Below, in pieces: positions 28,794 through 39,794 of a stretch of DNA of 64,000 nt; position 1 is the first letter of the stretch; each line of letters opens with the position of its first letter. A model generated the notes under the pieces. That model did no database searches, was not told the origin of the DNA, and saw only the letters and a list, made by a program, of their open reading frames with translations. The DNA is from Acidobacteriota bacterium (GTDB lineage: Bacteria; Acidobacteriota; Thermoanaerobaculia; Gp7-AA8): positions 224,001 through 288,000 of the forward strand of contig JAFATB010000023.1 in the NCBI GenBank assembly GCA_019244185.1, given 5' to 3'. Position numbers and translations under genes: made by a program.

Positions 28794-29708
28794 TTACAGC
28801 GATTCGATATTGCGCTGCATGCCGGCGAGCTTCGCGCGCTTGATCGCGCTCTTCGCGAAGAGCGCCGAAAAGTCCGCCTGCGCGAAGCGGAAGAGATCGG
28901 TGACCGGCGTCGCGCGATACGCCTCGCGCGGCGCGAACGCGGGATGAGCGTCCGCCGGCGCGTGATTCCACGGGCACGCTTCCTGGCAGACGTCGCAGCC
29001 GAAGGCGTTGCCTTCGAGGCGTTCGGCGACGAACGCGTCGAGCGCGCCGCGATGTTCGATGGTCGCGTAGCTGATGCAGTGCGCGGAGTCGAGCGTGCGG
29101 TCGGGAAGGATCGCGTTCGTGGGACAGGCATCGAGACAGCGCGTGCAGGCGCCGCAGCGATCGGCCACCGTCGCGGCTTCGACGTCGTGCTCGAGCGCGG
29201 TGAGCAGCGTGCCGATGAAGACGTACGAGCCGTGCTGCTCGTCGATGAGCATGCCGTTCTTCCCGATCCAGCCGAGCCCCGCCTGTGCCGCGTACGCGCG
29301 GTCGGAGAGCGGCCCGGTGTCGACGTAGCGCCATGTCTTCACGCCATCGAGCGCCGCCTCGAACTTGCGGAGAATCCGATCGAGCACTTCGTGGTAGTCG
29401 TCGCCGAGCGCGTAGCGCGCGATGTGATGACTGAGAGCGCCGGGCGGCGCCGCCGGACGTTCGCCCGCGTACGGCACGAGAATCGAGACGACGGAACGCG
29501 CCCACGGATAGCGCTCGCGCGGCCGTTCGCGCACGTCCGCGTTTTTGGCGAGGTAGTGCATCGACGCATGGCCGCCGCGCGCGAGCCATTCCGCGAACAG
29601 CGCCGCGTGCTCGTCATCGATGCCGCTCGCGCCGAGGCGCAGCACGCCTTCCGCGCGCGCCACGCGCTCGAGGTCAGGCCAGACTTCGGAGAGTCTCGTG
29701 GGAGTCAT
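28794..29708 (-). CDS. queG: Epoxyqueuosine reductase
   Basis: IARYA.GDDYH, VDTGP, GWIGKN, CGACTRCLDACPT, CISY.TIE, GCDVCQEACPWN. Confidence 0.95.
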   Translation of the reverse strand: MTPTRLSEVWPDLERVARAEGVLRLGASGIDDEHAALFAEWLARGGHASMHYLAKNADVRERPRERYPWARSVVSILVPYAGERPAAPPGALSHHIARYALGDDYHEVLDRILRKFEAALDGVKTWRYVDTGPLSDRAYAAQAGLGWIGKNGMLIDEQHGSYVFIGTLLTALEHDVEAATVADRCGACTRCLDACPTNAILPDRTLDSAHCISYATIEHRGALDAFVAERLEGNAFGCDVCQEACPWNHAPADAHPAFAPREAYRATPVTDLFRFAQADFSALFAKSAIKRAKLAGMQRNIESL

Positions 29709-30915
29709 CGAGGGACCGCCGCAACACGAACGTCGCGACCTCCGGTTTGCACAGGATGCGCAGCGGAGGAATCGCGCCGATGCCGCGGCTGACGTAGAGC
29801 AACACGTCGTCGACGCGATGAAATCCGGCGGCGTAGCGGGCCTCGTGCTTCGACGGCACGACGATCGAGCCGAAGAACGGGAAGCGGATCTGGCCGCCGT
29901 GCGTATGGCCGGCGACGAGGAGATCGATCCTGCGCCCGCCCAGGAGATCGACGACGTCGGGATGATGGCTGAGACCGATGCACGGCACGCGCGGATCGAC
30001 GCGTGCGAACGCGGCGTCGACGTCGGGCTTGCCGCGGTAGATCTCGTCGACGCCGGCGAGCGCAATCGCATCGTCGCCGCGGCGGATCGCGATCGAGCGG
30101 TTGATGATGAAGCGCACGCCGCGCGCGGTCATCGCGGCGATCACGCCGTCCGCATCCGCCCAGTAGTCGTGATTGCCGAGCACCGCGTACACGCCGTCGC
30201 GCGCTTCGAGATCGGGGAGCAGCACTTCCGCCATCAGCGGGATGTGGCGCGCGAACGAGACGAAGTCGCCGCCGAGGAGCACGAGGTCGGGATCGAAGCG
30301 CCGCGTCTGCGCGACCGCTTCGCGATAGAGCCCGCGGCGCATGAACGAGGCGACGTGCGTGTCGGTGAGGAACGCGATGCGGTAGCCGTCGAACGATGCG
30401 GGGAGGTTCGGCACCGCGACCTCGTGTTTCGTCACCTCGAGGTCGTAGACGTCGTTGTGCGCGCCGAGATTGCGCACGAACGCGAACGGCACGTGCGCCT
30501 TGCGCAGCTTGACCGTGTCCGACGCCAGCGTCCGCGTGCCGGGCACCGGCACGTCCTTGAACGTCTGCATGCGGAAGCGGTCGAGGATCCAGTACGCGCC
30601 GACGCTCGCGGCGATGAGCAGCCACGTCGCGCCGATCTTGGCGAGCGTCAGCGACGTCAGCACCGACTCGATCGGGTCGGGCGTGATGCGCTCGACGAGG
30701 CGGTTGTCCGCGAGCACGGCGATCCACTGATGCAGCGGCCAGAAAAGCAGCGTGAGCACGACGAGCAGCGGCGGCACGGCGAACTGCAGCCAATGCAGCG
30801 GCGGCTTTTCCTCGCGATGGCTGCCGAAGACGATGCGGTTGAGGACGAAGAGAAAGATGCGCGCGTCGCCGACGAACGCGAGAACGAGAAGCGCGAAGAA
30901 GAGTGGGCGAAGCAC
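29674..30915 (-). CDS. Membrane-anchored metallophosphoesterase
   Basis: TDTH, GGD, GNHD, SHHPD, AGHTHGGQ, SRGIG; N-terminal TM helices. Confidence 0.9.
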   Translation of the reverse strand: MLRPLFFALLVLAFVGDARIFLFVLNRIVFGSHREEKPPLHWLQFAVPPLLVVLTLLFWPLHQWIAVLADNRLVERITPDPIESVLTSLTLAKIGATWLLIAASVGAYWILDRFRMQTFKDVPVPGTRTLASDTVKLRKAHVPFAFVRNLGAHNDVYDLEVTKHEVAVPNLPASFDGYRIAFLTDTHVASFMRRGLYREAVAQTRRFDPDLVLLGGDFVSFARHIPLMAEVLLPDLEARDGVYAVLGNHDYWADADGVIAAMTARGVRFIINRSIAIRRGDDAIALAGVDEIYRGKPDVDAAFARVDPRVPCIGLSHHPDVVDLLGGRRIDLLVAGHTHGGQIRFPFFGSIVVPSKHEARYAAGFHRVDDVLLYVSRGIGAIPPLRILCKPEVATFVLRRSLDDSHETLRSLA

Positions 30916-30921
30916 GCGCGG

Positions 30922-31737
30922 CTACACGCGTTCCAGAATGGGGCCAATCATCGACTCGGGGACGCGGATCGTGCCGAGGGTCTCGGTCTTCTTCACCGCG
31001 CCATGGTCGTCGGAGCCGCCCGTCGTGAACTTTCCGCGGAAACGCGCGAGGTTCGTGTAGCGCTCGCGGTTCAGCGCGTCGACGTCAGGGTGCATGACTT
31101 CGATCGCGTCGACGCCTTCGTCGAGCAAACGCGGCACGAGTTGTTCGTGATCGGGGTAGAGCGTCGGATGCGCGATCGAGGTGACGCCGCCCGCGTCGCG
31201 GATGAGCGCGACCGCCTCGGTGATGCGGAAGCGCTCCTTCTCGACGTACGCCGGCTTGCCGGTGCCGAGGTACTTGTCGAAGGCCTCGGAGACGGAGGCG
31301 ACGTAACGCTTCTCGACGAGCGCGCGGGCGACGTGCGGGCGTCCCATCGCGCCGCCGGCCGCGAGCTCGTCGACGCGCTCGGGGCGGATGTCGAAGCCGA
31401 GCGCGCGCAGCTTTTCGACCATCGCGTAGCCGCGGCGGTGGCGCGACTCGCGAAAACTCTGCAGGCGTTGCGCGATGCGCTCGTCGTGCGGCTCGAAGGC
31501 GTACGCGAGCACGTGCACGTCGATCCCTTCGAAGCCGCAGGAGAGTTCGATGGCGGGGACCAGCGTCACGCCGACCTCGTCCGCGTACGGTTTGGCTTCG
31601 TAGTACGCGGCGAGGTTGTCGTGATCGCTGATGGCGAGGATGGTGACGGCGTGCGTGCGCGCCACGTCGATGACCTCACGCGGGGAGCGGGTGCCGTCCG
31701 AATGAAACGTGTGCGTGTGCAGGTCTGCGTAGCGCAC
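30922..31737 (-). CDS. PHP-domain protein (3',5'-nucleoside bisphosphate phosphatase-like)
   Basis: DLHTHTFHSDG, ISDHD, GRPHVA, AHP, GGSDDHG. Confidence 0.9.
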   Translation of the reverse strand: MRYADLHTHTFHSDGTRSPREVIDVARTHAVTILAISDHDNLAAYYEAKPYADEVGVTLVPAIELSCGFEGIDVHVLAYAFEPHDERIAQRLQSFRESRHRRGYAMVEKLRALGFDIRPERVDELAAGGAMGRPHVARALVEKRYVASVSEAFDKYLGTGKPAYVEKERFRITEAVALIRDAGGVTSIAHPTLYPDHEQLVPRLLDEGVDAIEVMHPDVDALNRERYTNLARFRGKFTTGGSDDHGAVKKTETLGTIRVPESMIGPILERV

Positions 31738-31745
31738 GCGCGAGA

Positions 31746-32015
31746 TCAGATTTTCTTCGCCGCGCGGTGTAGGCTCTTCGCGCCCGCTTCGAGCGCGTCT
31801 TTGGCCGCGTTGCGCGCGGATTTTTTCACCGACTCGATGACCGGTTTCGCGGCCTTCTTGAGCGCCTTGACTTTCGGCTTGGCCGCTTTCTCGACCTTCT
31901 TCATCACGGGCTTGGCGGCCTTCGCCACCTTGTCCGCGGCGTCGGACGCCTTCGCCTTCACCTGTTTCACGGCCTTGGCCGCGGCCTTCTTCACCTGCTT
32001 GCTGCGAACGACCAC
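31746..32015 (-). CDS. Small Lys/Ala-rich basic protein (histone H1-like)
   Basis: Repeated KAAKP/KKAAKP units; AAGGAGG RBS. Confidence 0.7.
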   Translation of the reverse strand: MVVRSKQVKKAAAKAVKQVKAKASDAADKVAKAAKPVMKKVEKAAKPKVKALKKAAKPVIESVKKSARNAAKDALEAGAKSLHRAAKKI

Positions 32016-32060
32016 ATCGTCCTCCTTCTGTTCGGGAACGAACGTAGTGTAGCAGTCCCG

Positions 32061-34847
32061 TCAGATCGTCGGCTGGTCCGGCACCGCGAGCGCGTCGACG
32101 ACGTCCTGGCAGCGCGCGCAGAGATCGCCGTCGTTCGCGACTTCCTCGCGGTACTGCCAGCAGCGCCCGCACTTGCGTCCGCGCGCGCGCGACATGGTGA
32201 TGCCGATGCGTCCGGCGCCTTCGAGCTCGACGAAGTCGGCGATCGAGTCGTCGGCGGGCTTCACGTCGACGTGCGAGACGATGAAGAGCTTCGCGAGATC
32301 GACGCCGAAGTCTTCGACGTTGCCGTGCAGCGCGATGTCGGCTTCGAGCGACTGGCCGATCTCCTTCGCCGCGCGCGCGCGTTCGAGGACGGAGAGCACG
32401 CCGTCGCGGAGGCGCAGCACGCGCGTCCACTTCGCGGTCTCGTCGTTGCCGAGGAGCGGCTCGAGCTTCGGGATGTCGGTGAGATGCACGGACGCTTCCT
32501 TCTCGCCCGGCATCGACTCGTAGATCTCGTCGGCGGTAAAGGTGAGGATCGGCGCGAGGACGGCGGTGAGGCCGCGCAGCACCTCGTACATCGCGGTCTG
32601 CGCGCTGCGGCGCTCGCGCGAATCGGGCGCGTCGGAGTACAGCGTGTCTTTCGACGCGTCGAGGTAGATCGCGGAGAGGTCGACGGTGCAGAGCTCGAGC
32701 ACGCGGTGATAGACGACGTGGAACTCGTACTCTTCGTACGCTTGGCGGCAGCGCGCGACGGTGCGCGCCGCGCGGTCGAGGATCCAGCGGTCGATCGGCA
32801 GCAGCTCCTCGTGCGGCAGCGCGTGCGTCGCGGGATCGAAGTCGGAGAGATTCGCGAGGAGATAGCGGGCGGTGTTGCGGATCTTGCGATAGCCGTCGCT
32901 CGTGCGGGCCATGATCTGCGGACCGAACGGCATGTCGTCGGTGTAGTCGCTGACGGCGACCCACAAACGCAGAATGTCGGCGCCGCTCTGCTTGATCACG
33001 TCCTGCGGCGACAGCGCGTTGCCGCTCGACTTCGACATCTTGTCGCCCGACTCATTGAGCACGAAGCCGCACGTGACGACCTGGCGGAACGGCGCGCCGC
33101 CTTCGATGGCGGTGCCGACGAGCAGCGACGAATGAAACCAGCCGCGATGCTGGTCGTGGCCTTCGAGATAGACGTCGCACGGCCAGCCGAGCTCCGGACG
33201 GCGTTTGAGCACGGCGATGTGCGAGCAGCCGGAGTCGAACCAGACGTCGAGGATGTCGGTCTCTTTGCGGAACTCCGTGCTGCCGCACGTGCACGGCGCG
33301 GTGTGAAAGTCGCTGACGGGACGCTCGTACCACGCGTCGGCGCCTTCGGCCCGGAAGATCTCCGCGACCTTCGCGAAGAGCTCCGGCGTCGCGACCGTCT
33401 CGTTGCACTGGTCGCAATACAGCACCGTGATCGGCACGCCCCAGAGGCGCTGGCGCGAGATGACCCAGTCGGGACGGTTCTCGATCATGCCGTAGATGCG
33501 CTCGCGTCCCCACGCGGGGAACCACTGCACGCGATCGATCTCTTCGAGCGCGCGCTTGCGCAGCCCGGTCTCGTCCATCGACACGAACCACTGTTCGGTG
33601 CCGCGGAAGATGATCGGGTTCTTGCAGCGCCAGCAGTGCGGGTACGAGTGCGTGATGGATTCGCCGAGGACGAGCGCGCCGGTCTCGCGCAAGTGTTCGA
33701 CGATCAGCGGATTCGCTTTGAACACGTGCAGCCCCGCCCAGCGCGGCACGTCCTGCGTGTACTCGCCGCGGTGATTGACGGGCGTGTAGATCTCGAGGCC
33801 GTACCGGCGGCCGGTGGCGAAGTCGTCGGCGCCGTGACCCGGCGCGGTGTGCACGAGGCCCGTGCCGGCGTCAAGCGTGACGTAGTCGCCGAGGACGAAC
33901 GTGCCTTCGCGATCGAGGAACGGATGCTTGTAGCGGAGATGCTCGAGCGCGGAGCCTCTGAACACCTTGCCGCCGCGCGCGTCGGTCCAGCCGAACTTCT
34001 GCACGACCTGCGGCAGGAGCTCGATCGCGACGAGGTAGTTCTCGCCGTCGTGCTCGACGACGACGTACTCGAAGTCGGGCTTCACGGCGATGGCGAGGTT
34101 CGCCGGCAGCGTCCACGGCGTCGTGGTCCAGATGATCGCGTAAAGCGGCTTCTCGATCGGCAGGTCGAGCTCGCGCACGGCTTCGTCGAGCATGCGGAAG
34201 CGCACGTAGATCGACGGCGACGTATGGTCGCGGTATTCGACTTCCGCTTCGGCGAGCGCGGACTGGTCGTACGTGCACCAGTGCACCGGCTTGATGCCTT
34301 TGTAGACGGCGCCGGTCTGGAAGACGCGGCCGAGTGCGTCGGCGATGTCGGCCTCGTAGTCGAACGACATCGTGGTGTACGGATGGTCCCAGTCGCCGAA
34401 GACGCCGAGGCGGACGAAGTCCTCTCGTTGGATATCCACGTATTTCGCGGCGAACTGGCGGCAGGCGCGGCGGATCTCGGCGGCCGGCATCTCCGCGCGC
34501 TTCGCGCCGAGCTCCTTGCCCACCGCGTGCTCGATGGGGAGACCGTGGCAGTCCCAGCCCGGCACGTACGGCGAGTCGAAGCCCATCATCGTGCGCGACT
34601 TGACGACGATGTCCTTGAGCGTCTTGTTGAGTGCGTGGCCGATGTGAATGCGGCCGTTCGCGTACGGCGGTCCGTCGTGCAGCACGAACTTCGGGCGGCC
34701 GGCGGACTTTTCGCGGATTCGTTCGTAGAGACCGAGTCCGCGCCAGTGCTCGAGCCGCTTCGGCTCGTTCTGCGGCAGGTTCGCCTTCATCGCGAAGGTG
34801 GTCTGCGGCAGATTGAGAGTCTTCTTGTAATCGCTGCTGTCCGCCAT
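32061..34847 (-). CDS. ileS: Isoleucine--tRNA ligase (type 1)
   Basis: [28 protein letters not shown]-terminal CGRCW...CARC zinc finger. Confidence 0.98.
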   Translation of the reverse strand: MADSSDYKKTLNLPQTTFAMKANLPQNEPKRLEHWRGLGLYERIREKSAGRPKFVLHDGPPYANGRIHIGHALNKTLKDIVVKSRTMMGFDSPYVPGWDCHGLPIEHAVGKELGAKRAEMPAAEIRRACRQFAAKYVDIQREDFVRLGVFGDWDHPYTTMSFDYEADIADALGRVFQTGAVYKGIKPVHWCTYDQSALAEAEVEYRDHTSPSIYVRFRMLDEAVRELDLPIEKPLYAIIWTTTPWTLPANLAIAVKPDFEYVVVEHDGENYLVAIELLPQVVQKFGWTDARGGKVFRGSALEHLRYKHPFLDREGTFVLGDYVTLDAGTGLVHTAPGHGADDFATGRRYGLEIYTPVNHRGEYTQDVPRWAGLHVFKANPLIVEHLRETGALVLGESITHSYPHCWRCKNPIIFRGTEQWFVSMDETGLRKRALEEIDRVQWFPAWGRERIYGMIENRPDWVISRQRLWGVPITVLYCDQCNETVATPELFAKVAEIFRAEGADAWYERPVSDFHTAPCTCGSTEFRKETDILDVWFDSGCSHIAVLKRRPELGWPCDVYLEGHDQHRGWFHSSLLVGTAIEGGAPFRQVVTCGFVLNESGDKMSKSSGNALSPQDVIKQSGADILRLWVAVSDYTDDMPFGPQIMARTSDGYRKIRNTARYLLANLSDFDPATHALPHEELLPIDRWILDRAARTVARCRQAYEEYEFHVVYHRVLELCTVDLSAIYLDASKDTLYSDAPDSRERRSAQTAMYEVLRGLTAVLAPILTFTADEIYESMPGEKEASVHLTDIPKLEPLLGNDETAKWTRVLRLRDGVLSVLERARAAKEIGQSLEADIALHGNVEDFGVDLAKLFIVSHVDVKPADDSIADFVELEGAGRIGITMSRARGRKCGRCWQYREEVANDGDLCARCQDVVDALAVPDQPTI

Positions 34848-34881
34848 GGGACCGCGAAACTAGCAGCCGACGCCGCGCATT

Positions 34882-36741
34882 TCAAGGACGCGCGGCAGCC
34901 CAGTCCCACAACGTCGCCGCGAACGGAAGCAACTGGAGCGCGTCTTCGGACGACATGTAGCGGTCGTTCATCAGCTGCAGCGTCGCGCTGGTGATGCGGC
35001 CGAGGTAGGCGTCGCGGCTCGGATAGCGCTGCGCGATCTGCTCCTTCGTGAACGGGAACATCGAGCCGGCGAAGCCGAGGCGATCGCCCTCGAAGCCGGT
35101 GCCCGGCGCGCGCAGATTCCAGCCGGTGTACGCCGCGAGCGGCACGGTGAGGAACGGAGCGCGCACGCCGGCGAGCTCGTTGCCGTCGGCATCGACCTGC
35201 GGCACGAGCGTGACGTAGTTGCCGGTGACGCGCGGCGGCTCGCTCGACTGATCCGCGCGCACCGGCGCGTAGGCCCATTTCGGAAACGCGATCTGTTTCG
35301 CGGCGAGATCTTCGACGCGGACGAGCGTGCCGTCGGCGATTTTGGGATAGCGGCTCGGCGGCGGCTCGGTGCCCTGCGTCACCCACGCGTTCATCGCGTC
35401 GATGAGCGCGTGCATCGTGAAGTAGTAGCCGATCGGGTTCTGCAGCGCCTGGCCGCCCGCCGCGACTTCCGGCGGCCACGGGCCGTCGATGTGGCCGGTG
35501 CCGGACACGAAGTAGAGACGCGACGTCGGAGGGAACGGCACGTCGCTCTTGCCGTCGGCGGTGGTGTGGATGAGCGAGCCTCCGCGCGACCAGTACTCGT
35601 GCGCGGTGTTGACGTAGAAGATCTTCGGCACCACGTGATCGGCGGTGGCGCGGTCGAGGAGTCCCGCGGTCACGCCGGTGACGGGATCGGTCGTCGGCAG
35701 ATCGGTGAACGGAAAGACGTCGACCGGATACGCGTACGGCACCGGCGTCAGAATCGCGCGCGACGGCTGCGCGAAGCGGTGATTGAAGTTGCCGCGACCG
35801 CCGCCCGGAACGTACGACAGCACGCCGTCGAAGACCTGCTGCCCGTTTTCATCCGCGTTGAAGCCGTCGTAGACGAAGTGGCGGAGGAAGCGGCCGGTCT
35901 GGGAGATGCCGAGCGCCAGCGCGTGTTTGACCGGAATCGGCGACGCCGGATCGTGCTTGGCCCACGCCACGAAGTCGCGCGTCGCGGCCATGCCGGCGCC
36001 GACGACGGCCGGGTCCGCGGCGGTGTAGACGATCTCGTAGATCGTGTGCGGTTGAAAGCCGCCGTCGAGCGCGATGGTGCGGTCGTCGGTGAAGTGCCAC
36101 TTCGCGCGTGGAATCGTGCGGCGCGCCGCGCCCATGCTCTCGCGCTGGGTCAGAACGTTGTCGCGGCCGTTGCGGTCCGCGACCGGGTAGCCGATGCCTC
36201 CGAGCTGGCTCATGACCTCGTGGCCGTACGACGCGTCGACGATGTTGCCGATCGTGTACGTCGGCGCCGGCTTCTCGACGATGAAGTCGGAGCGCACGCG
36301 GCCGCGCACGCCGCGCGCGATGGGCGCGTCGAAGTGCAGGAGCGTGGGATCGGGCCGCACGTCGAACTGCCACGCCAGCCACACCATCGTGTAGCCGCGG
36401 CGGAAGAGCGTGTCGTCGTTTTTCGGATCGGCGAAGAAGCCGATGCCGCCGCGGTTCGGGACTTCGAGATAGAGCGTCTCGTTGCCGCCGCACTTCGGGC
36501 GAAGGATCACGACGTCGGAGGTGAAGGTGACTTCTCCGTGCTCGTCGCGCGGCGCTTTGTCGAGATCGGTGACGATCTTGTTGTGCGGATTGTTCGGATC
36601 GACGGCGAAGAGGACGCGGCCGGTGATCTTCTCGTAGCGGTCGCCGACGTCGGTGCGCGACGCGATGTCGAGGCGCACGACGCGGGCGGAGGCGGAGACG
36701 GCGGCGAACGTGAGGAGAGCGATCGCAAACAATCGGCGCAT
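34882..36741 (-). CDS. Secreted alpha/beta-hydrolase-domain protein
   Basis: Signal peptide; VPNRG, GISQTGRFLR nucleophile elbow, EYW, VPQVDADGNE, YTGWN. Confidence 0.8.
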   Translation of the reverse strand: MRRLFAIALLTFAAVSASARVVRLDIASRTDVGDRYEKITGRVLFAVDPNNPHNKIVTDLDKAPRDEHGEVTFTSDVVILRPKCGGNETLYLEVPNRGGIGFFADPKNDDTLFRRGYTMVWLAWQFDVRPDPTLLHFDAPIARGVRGRVRSDFIVEKPAPTYTIGNIVDASYGHEVMSQLGGIGYPVADRNGRDNVLTQRESMGAARRTIPRAKWHFTDDRTIALDGGFQPHTIYEIVYTAADPAVVGAGMAATRDFVAWAKHDPASPIPVKHALALGISQTGRFLRHFVYDGFNADENGQQVFDGVLSYVPGGGRGNFNHRFAQPSRAILTPVPYAYPVDVFPFTDLPTTDPVTGVTAGLLDRATADHVVPKIFYVNTAHEYWSRGGSLIHTTADGKSDVPFPPTSRLYFVSGTGHIDGPWPPEVAAGGQALQNPIGYYFTMHALIDAMNAWVTQGTEPPPSRYPKIADGTLVRVEDLAAKQIAFPKWAYAPVRADQSSEPPRVTGNYVTLVPQVDADGNELAGVRAPFLTVPLAAYTGWNLRAPGTGFEGDRLGFAGSMFPFTKEQIAQRYPSRDAYLGRITSATLQLMNDRYMSSEDALQLLPFAATLWDWAAARP

Positions 36742-36773
36742 GGGCCGAGTCTACGAAAAAGATCGTGGGATGT

Positions 36774-38150
36774 TTACATGCCGCCCGCGGTGAGCGTCCT
36801 GGGCGCGCTCACGCGCAGCCTCTGGCCTTTGTGAATCGTGGCGCTCTTCGACAGGTCGTTCAGCTCGCGCAGCTCGGCGACGCTGAGGCCGTTCTTCTTC
36901 GCGATCGAGTAGAGCGTGTCGCCCTTGCGCACCGCGTAGTAGAACTCCTCGTCGTCGCTGTGGGCGAGGAGCGCGCCGAGCTCGCGCGCGCGGACGGGCA
37001 CGTAGATCGTGTCGCCGGCGCCGACGCGCGCGGCTTCGTCGAGGTCGTTGATGGCGAGCAGCGTCTCCGGCGTCGTGCCGAGCTTGCGCGCGAGGCGCTT
37101 CACGTTGTCGCCGTCGCGCAGCGTGAACGAGCAGAACTGCACGTATGCGTCTTCCTGGCGCAGCGTGTCGGCGCGGGCGGCGAGCGTCTCGGCCGCTTTC
37201 GACGGCACGACCACCGACGCGCGTCCGGGCGGCACGACGCCGCGGCGGAGCGAGGGATTCAGCGCGCGCAAAACCTCCGGATCGACGCCGACGGCCTCGC
37301 TGATGTACTGCAGCGAGACCGGCCCGCGCACGTCGACGCGTTTCTCGTCGAGGTCGGTCGCCTTGCCGAGCGTGAAGCCGTAGGTCTGCGGGTCGCTGGC
37401 GATGAGGAGCGTCGCGAAGAACGTCGGCACGTAGCCGCGCGTTTCCTTCGGCAGCGCGGCGTTTTCCTGCAGTTCCCAGAACGTCGTCGCGCCGTTCTCG
37501 GCGAGCGAGCGTTTCACGCGGCCGGGGCCGCAGTTGTATGCGGCGACGGTGAGCGCCCAGTCGTCGAACATGCGATAGAGGTCTTTGAGGTACGCGGCCG
37601 CCGCGCGCGTGGAGCGTTCGGGATCGGCGCGCTCGTCGACCCACCAGTCGACGCGCAGTCCGTACTCGCGCGCCGTCTCGGGCATGAACTGCCAGATGCC
37701 GTGCGCGCCGGCGGTCGACGTGAGCGTCGGCACGTACGCGCTTTCGATGACCGGGAGGTAGGCGAGACCTTTGGGCAGGTTCTGATCGGCGAGCGCTTTG
37801 TCGATCAGCTTCTTGTAGCGCGCCGAGCGGATCAGCGACGTCTGGATGCTGTCCTTCATGTCGACGCTGAAGAGGCGGACGGCGGCGTCGATGGTGCGGT
37901 GTTGCGGGATGGGAATCGAGGCGGCGGCTTCGAGGTCGACGGCCGGCGCGTTCGCCGGGACCTTGTCGTTCGCGCGCGCGACGATCTGCGCGTACGCGGC
38001 CTCGAGCTCGCGGCGGTATTCGTCGGCGTCGATCTGCGAGGAGACTTTCGGCGCGGCGGCAGCGGTGGGGAGCACCTTCGGCGCGGGCGCCGAGCTCGCG
38101 CACGCAACGGCATACAACGCCACCATCGACAACATCGCTGTGTTGCGCAT
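36774..38150 (-). CDS. Lytic murein transglycosylase with LysM domains (MltD-like lipoprotein)
   Basis: PVIES, GIWQFMP, AAYNCG, ETRGYVP; LysM YAVRKGDTLYSIAKK. Confidence 0.92.
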   Translation of the reverse strand: MRNTAMLSMVALYAVACASSAPAPKVLPTAAAAPKVSSQIDADEYRRELEAAYAQIVARANDKVPANAPAVDLEAAASIPIPQHRTIDAAVRLFSVDMKDSIQTSLIRSARYKKLIDKALADQNLPKGLAYLPVIESAYVPTLTSTAGAHGIWQFMPETAREYGLRVDWWVDERADPERSTRAAAAYLKDLYRMFDDWALTVAAYNCGPGRVKRSLAENGATTFWELQENAALPKETRGYVPTFFATLLIASDPQTYGFTLGKATDLDEKRVDVRGPVSLQYISEAVGVDPEVLRALNPSLRRGVVPPGRASVVVPSKAAETLAARADTLRQEDAYVQFCSFTLRDGDNVKRLARKLGTTPETLLAINDLDEAARVGAGDTIYVPVRARELGALLAHSDDEEFYYAVRKGDTLYSIAKKNGLSVAELRELNDLSKSATIHKGQRLRVSAPRTLTAGGM

Positions 38151-38185
38151 CGCGCACCCCCTCGCGTCCCGGCCGTCGCGGCGGC

Positions 38186-39760
38186 CTATGTGAGATCGAT
38201 CTTCAGGTTGACCGAAAGACTCTGAACGTTGGCGGTGTCGCCGAGGTCGACGGTCTGGTCGTCCGTGCGAACCACGCCTTGCCCTTCGTCTTCGAACGTT
38301 AGTGTAACCCGAACGGATTTGGCGCGAGGGAGGACGTCGGGCGGGACCTGCAGATGAAGGGTGCGAACGATGTCGCGTCGGGGCTGGAGCGCGGAGAGCT
38401 CGGCGAGCACGTCGCGCTTGGGCGGCTTCGGGGTCGTGGTCTGCGTCGCGCGTTTGCGCAGCGCCTCGAGCTCCGCCATGACGTCGACGGAGGAGCGCAC
38501 CTTCACCGTCTTGACTTCCGGTTGCGCTTTCTGCGGCTTCTCCGTTTCGGCGAAGCGGATGTCGGGCTCGGGCACGGACGGCGGCGCGATGACGTCGGGT
38601 GCGAGCGGCGCGGACGCGCTGAACGGCGGCGCGACGAGATCGTCGAGCGACATGAGCGGCGCGGGCGGCGGCTCGGGTGCGGCGGGCGGCGGGGGAGGCG
38701 TCAGTTCGGCCTCGGCGGCGAATGGTTCCGGCTCGGGCTCGGGCGCGGCGTCGATCGTCGTCTCGAGCTCTTCATGCTGCGCGGGCGGCTCCGCGACCGG
38801 CACGTCGAAGAGGATGCGGCGGTCGATCGTCGTCGCCGCAACGGTGGCTTCGGGATCGAACGCGTCTTCCATCGGCGCGGACATGGGCGGCGCGGACATT
38901 GGCGGCGCGGGCATCGGCGGCGCGACCGGCATCGGCGCGGTGACCGGCTCCGTCATCGTCGTCGTCGCGGTGGCGGCGGCGGCCTGCACGAACGTCGGAG
39001 ACGACGACGCGCTTGCGGCAAGCGATGGTGCGATCGCGGGAGCGGGCGGTGGTGGTGCGGACGCGGGCGTGGGCGTCGCGGTCAGCGTGCGCGCGGGGCT
39101 CGGCGCGTTCTCCTGCACGCGGAACTGCGCGACACGTGCGGGCGGCGCGGGGCGCGCGGGCTCGTCGCCCGTCATCCTGCGGCGCAGCGTGCGCAGCGTC
39201 AGCTTCGAGATCACCTTCAGCGTCTCGAAGACGCCGGTGCCGGCGGAGGCGACCGACTCCACGTGCTCGAAGCGGCGCTGCGGATCGAGCGCATCGAGCA
39301 TCGTCTCGACGGGCGCGATGTTCGGCAGATCGCGTTTGTTGAGCTGCAGGACCATCGGGATCTCGTCGAGATCGAGGCCGATCTCGGCGAGGTTCTCGCG
39401 CAGGTTGCGCAGGCTCTCGACGTTCGCGTCGAGCATCGCCGTCTGCGAGTCGGCGACGAAGACCATGCCGTCGACGCCTTTCAGCACGAGCTTGCGCGTG
39501 GTGTTGTAGAAGACCTGCCCCGGCACGGTGTAGAGCTGCAGCCGCGTCTTGAAGCCGCCGATCACGCCGACGTCGATCGGCAGCAGATCGAAGAACAGCG
39601 TCCGGTCGGTCTCCGTCTCGAGACTGACCATCTCGCCGCGGCTCTGCGGCGAGGTCTTCGTGTAGATGTGGTGGAGGTTGGTGGTCTTCCCGCAGAGACC
39701 CGGACCGTAATACACGATCTTCGCGGCCATCTGCATCGTCGCGTAGTTGAAGAAGACCAT
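38186..39760 (-). CDS. MglA-family small GTPase with a long Pro/Ala-rich linker and C-terminal domain
   Basis: KIVYYGPGLCGKTTNL, TETDRTLFFD, TVPGQ, NKRD; about 330 extra residues after the GTPase domain. Confidence 0.88.
   Translation of the reverse strand: MVFFNYATMQMAAKIVYYGPGLCGKTTNLHHIYTKTSPQSRGEMVSLETETDRTLFFDLLPIDVGVIGGFKTRLQLYTVPGQVFYNTTRKLVLKGVDGMVFVADSQTAMLDANVESLRNLRENLAEIGLDLDEIPMVLQLNKRDLPNIAPVETMLDALDPQRRFEHVESVASAGTGVFETLKVISKLTLRTLRRRMTGDEPARPAPPARVAQFRVQENAPSPARTLTATPTPASAPPPPAPAIAPSLAASASSSPTFVQAAAATATTTMTEPVTAPMPVAPPMPAPPMSAPPMSAPMEDAFDPEATVAATTIDRRILFDVPVAEPPAQHEELETTIDAAPEPEPEPFAAEAELTPPPPPAAPEPPPAPLMSLDDLVAPPFSASAPLAPDVIAPPSVPEPDIRFAETEKPQKAQPEVKTVKVRSSVDVMAELEALRKRATQTTTPKPPKRDVLAELSALQPRRDIVRTLHLQVPPDVLPRAKSVRVTLTFEDEGQGVVRTDDQTVDLGDTANVQSLSVNLKIDLT
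38871..38940. repeat. Degenerate ~15-bp coding tandem repeat (PMPAP/PMSAP)
   Basis: Repeated GGCGGCGCGGACAT-like units encoding APMPVAPPMPAPPMSAPPMSAPM. Confidence 0.6.
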
Positions 39761-39794
39761 CGTCGTGTTCCGAGGCGGGCGATCGTAGCACCCG

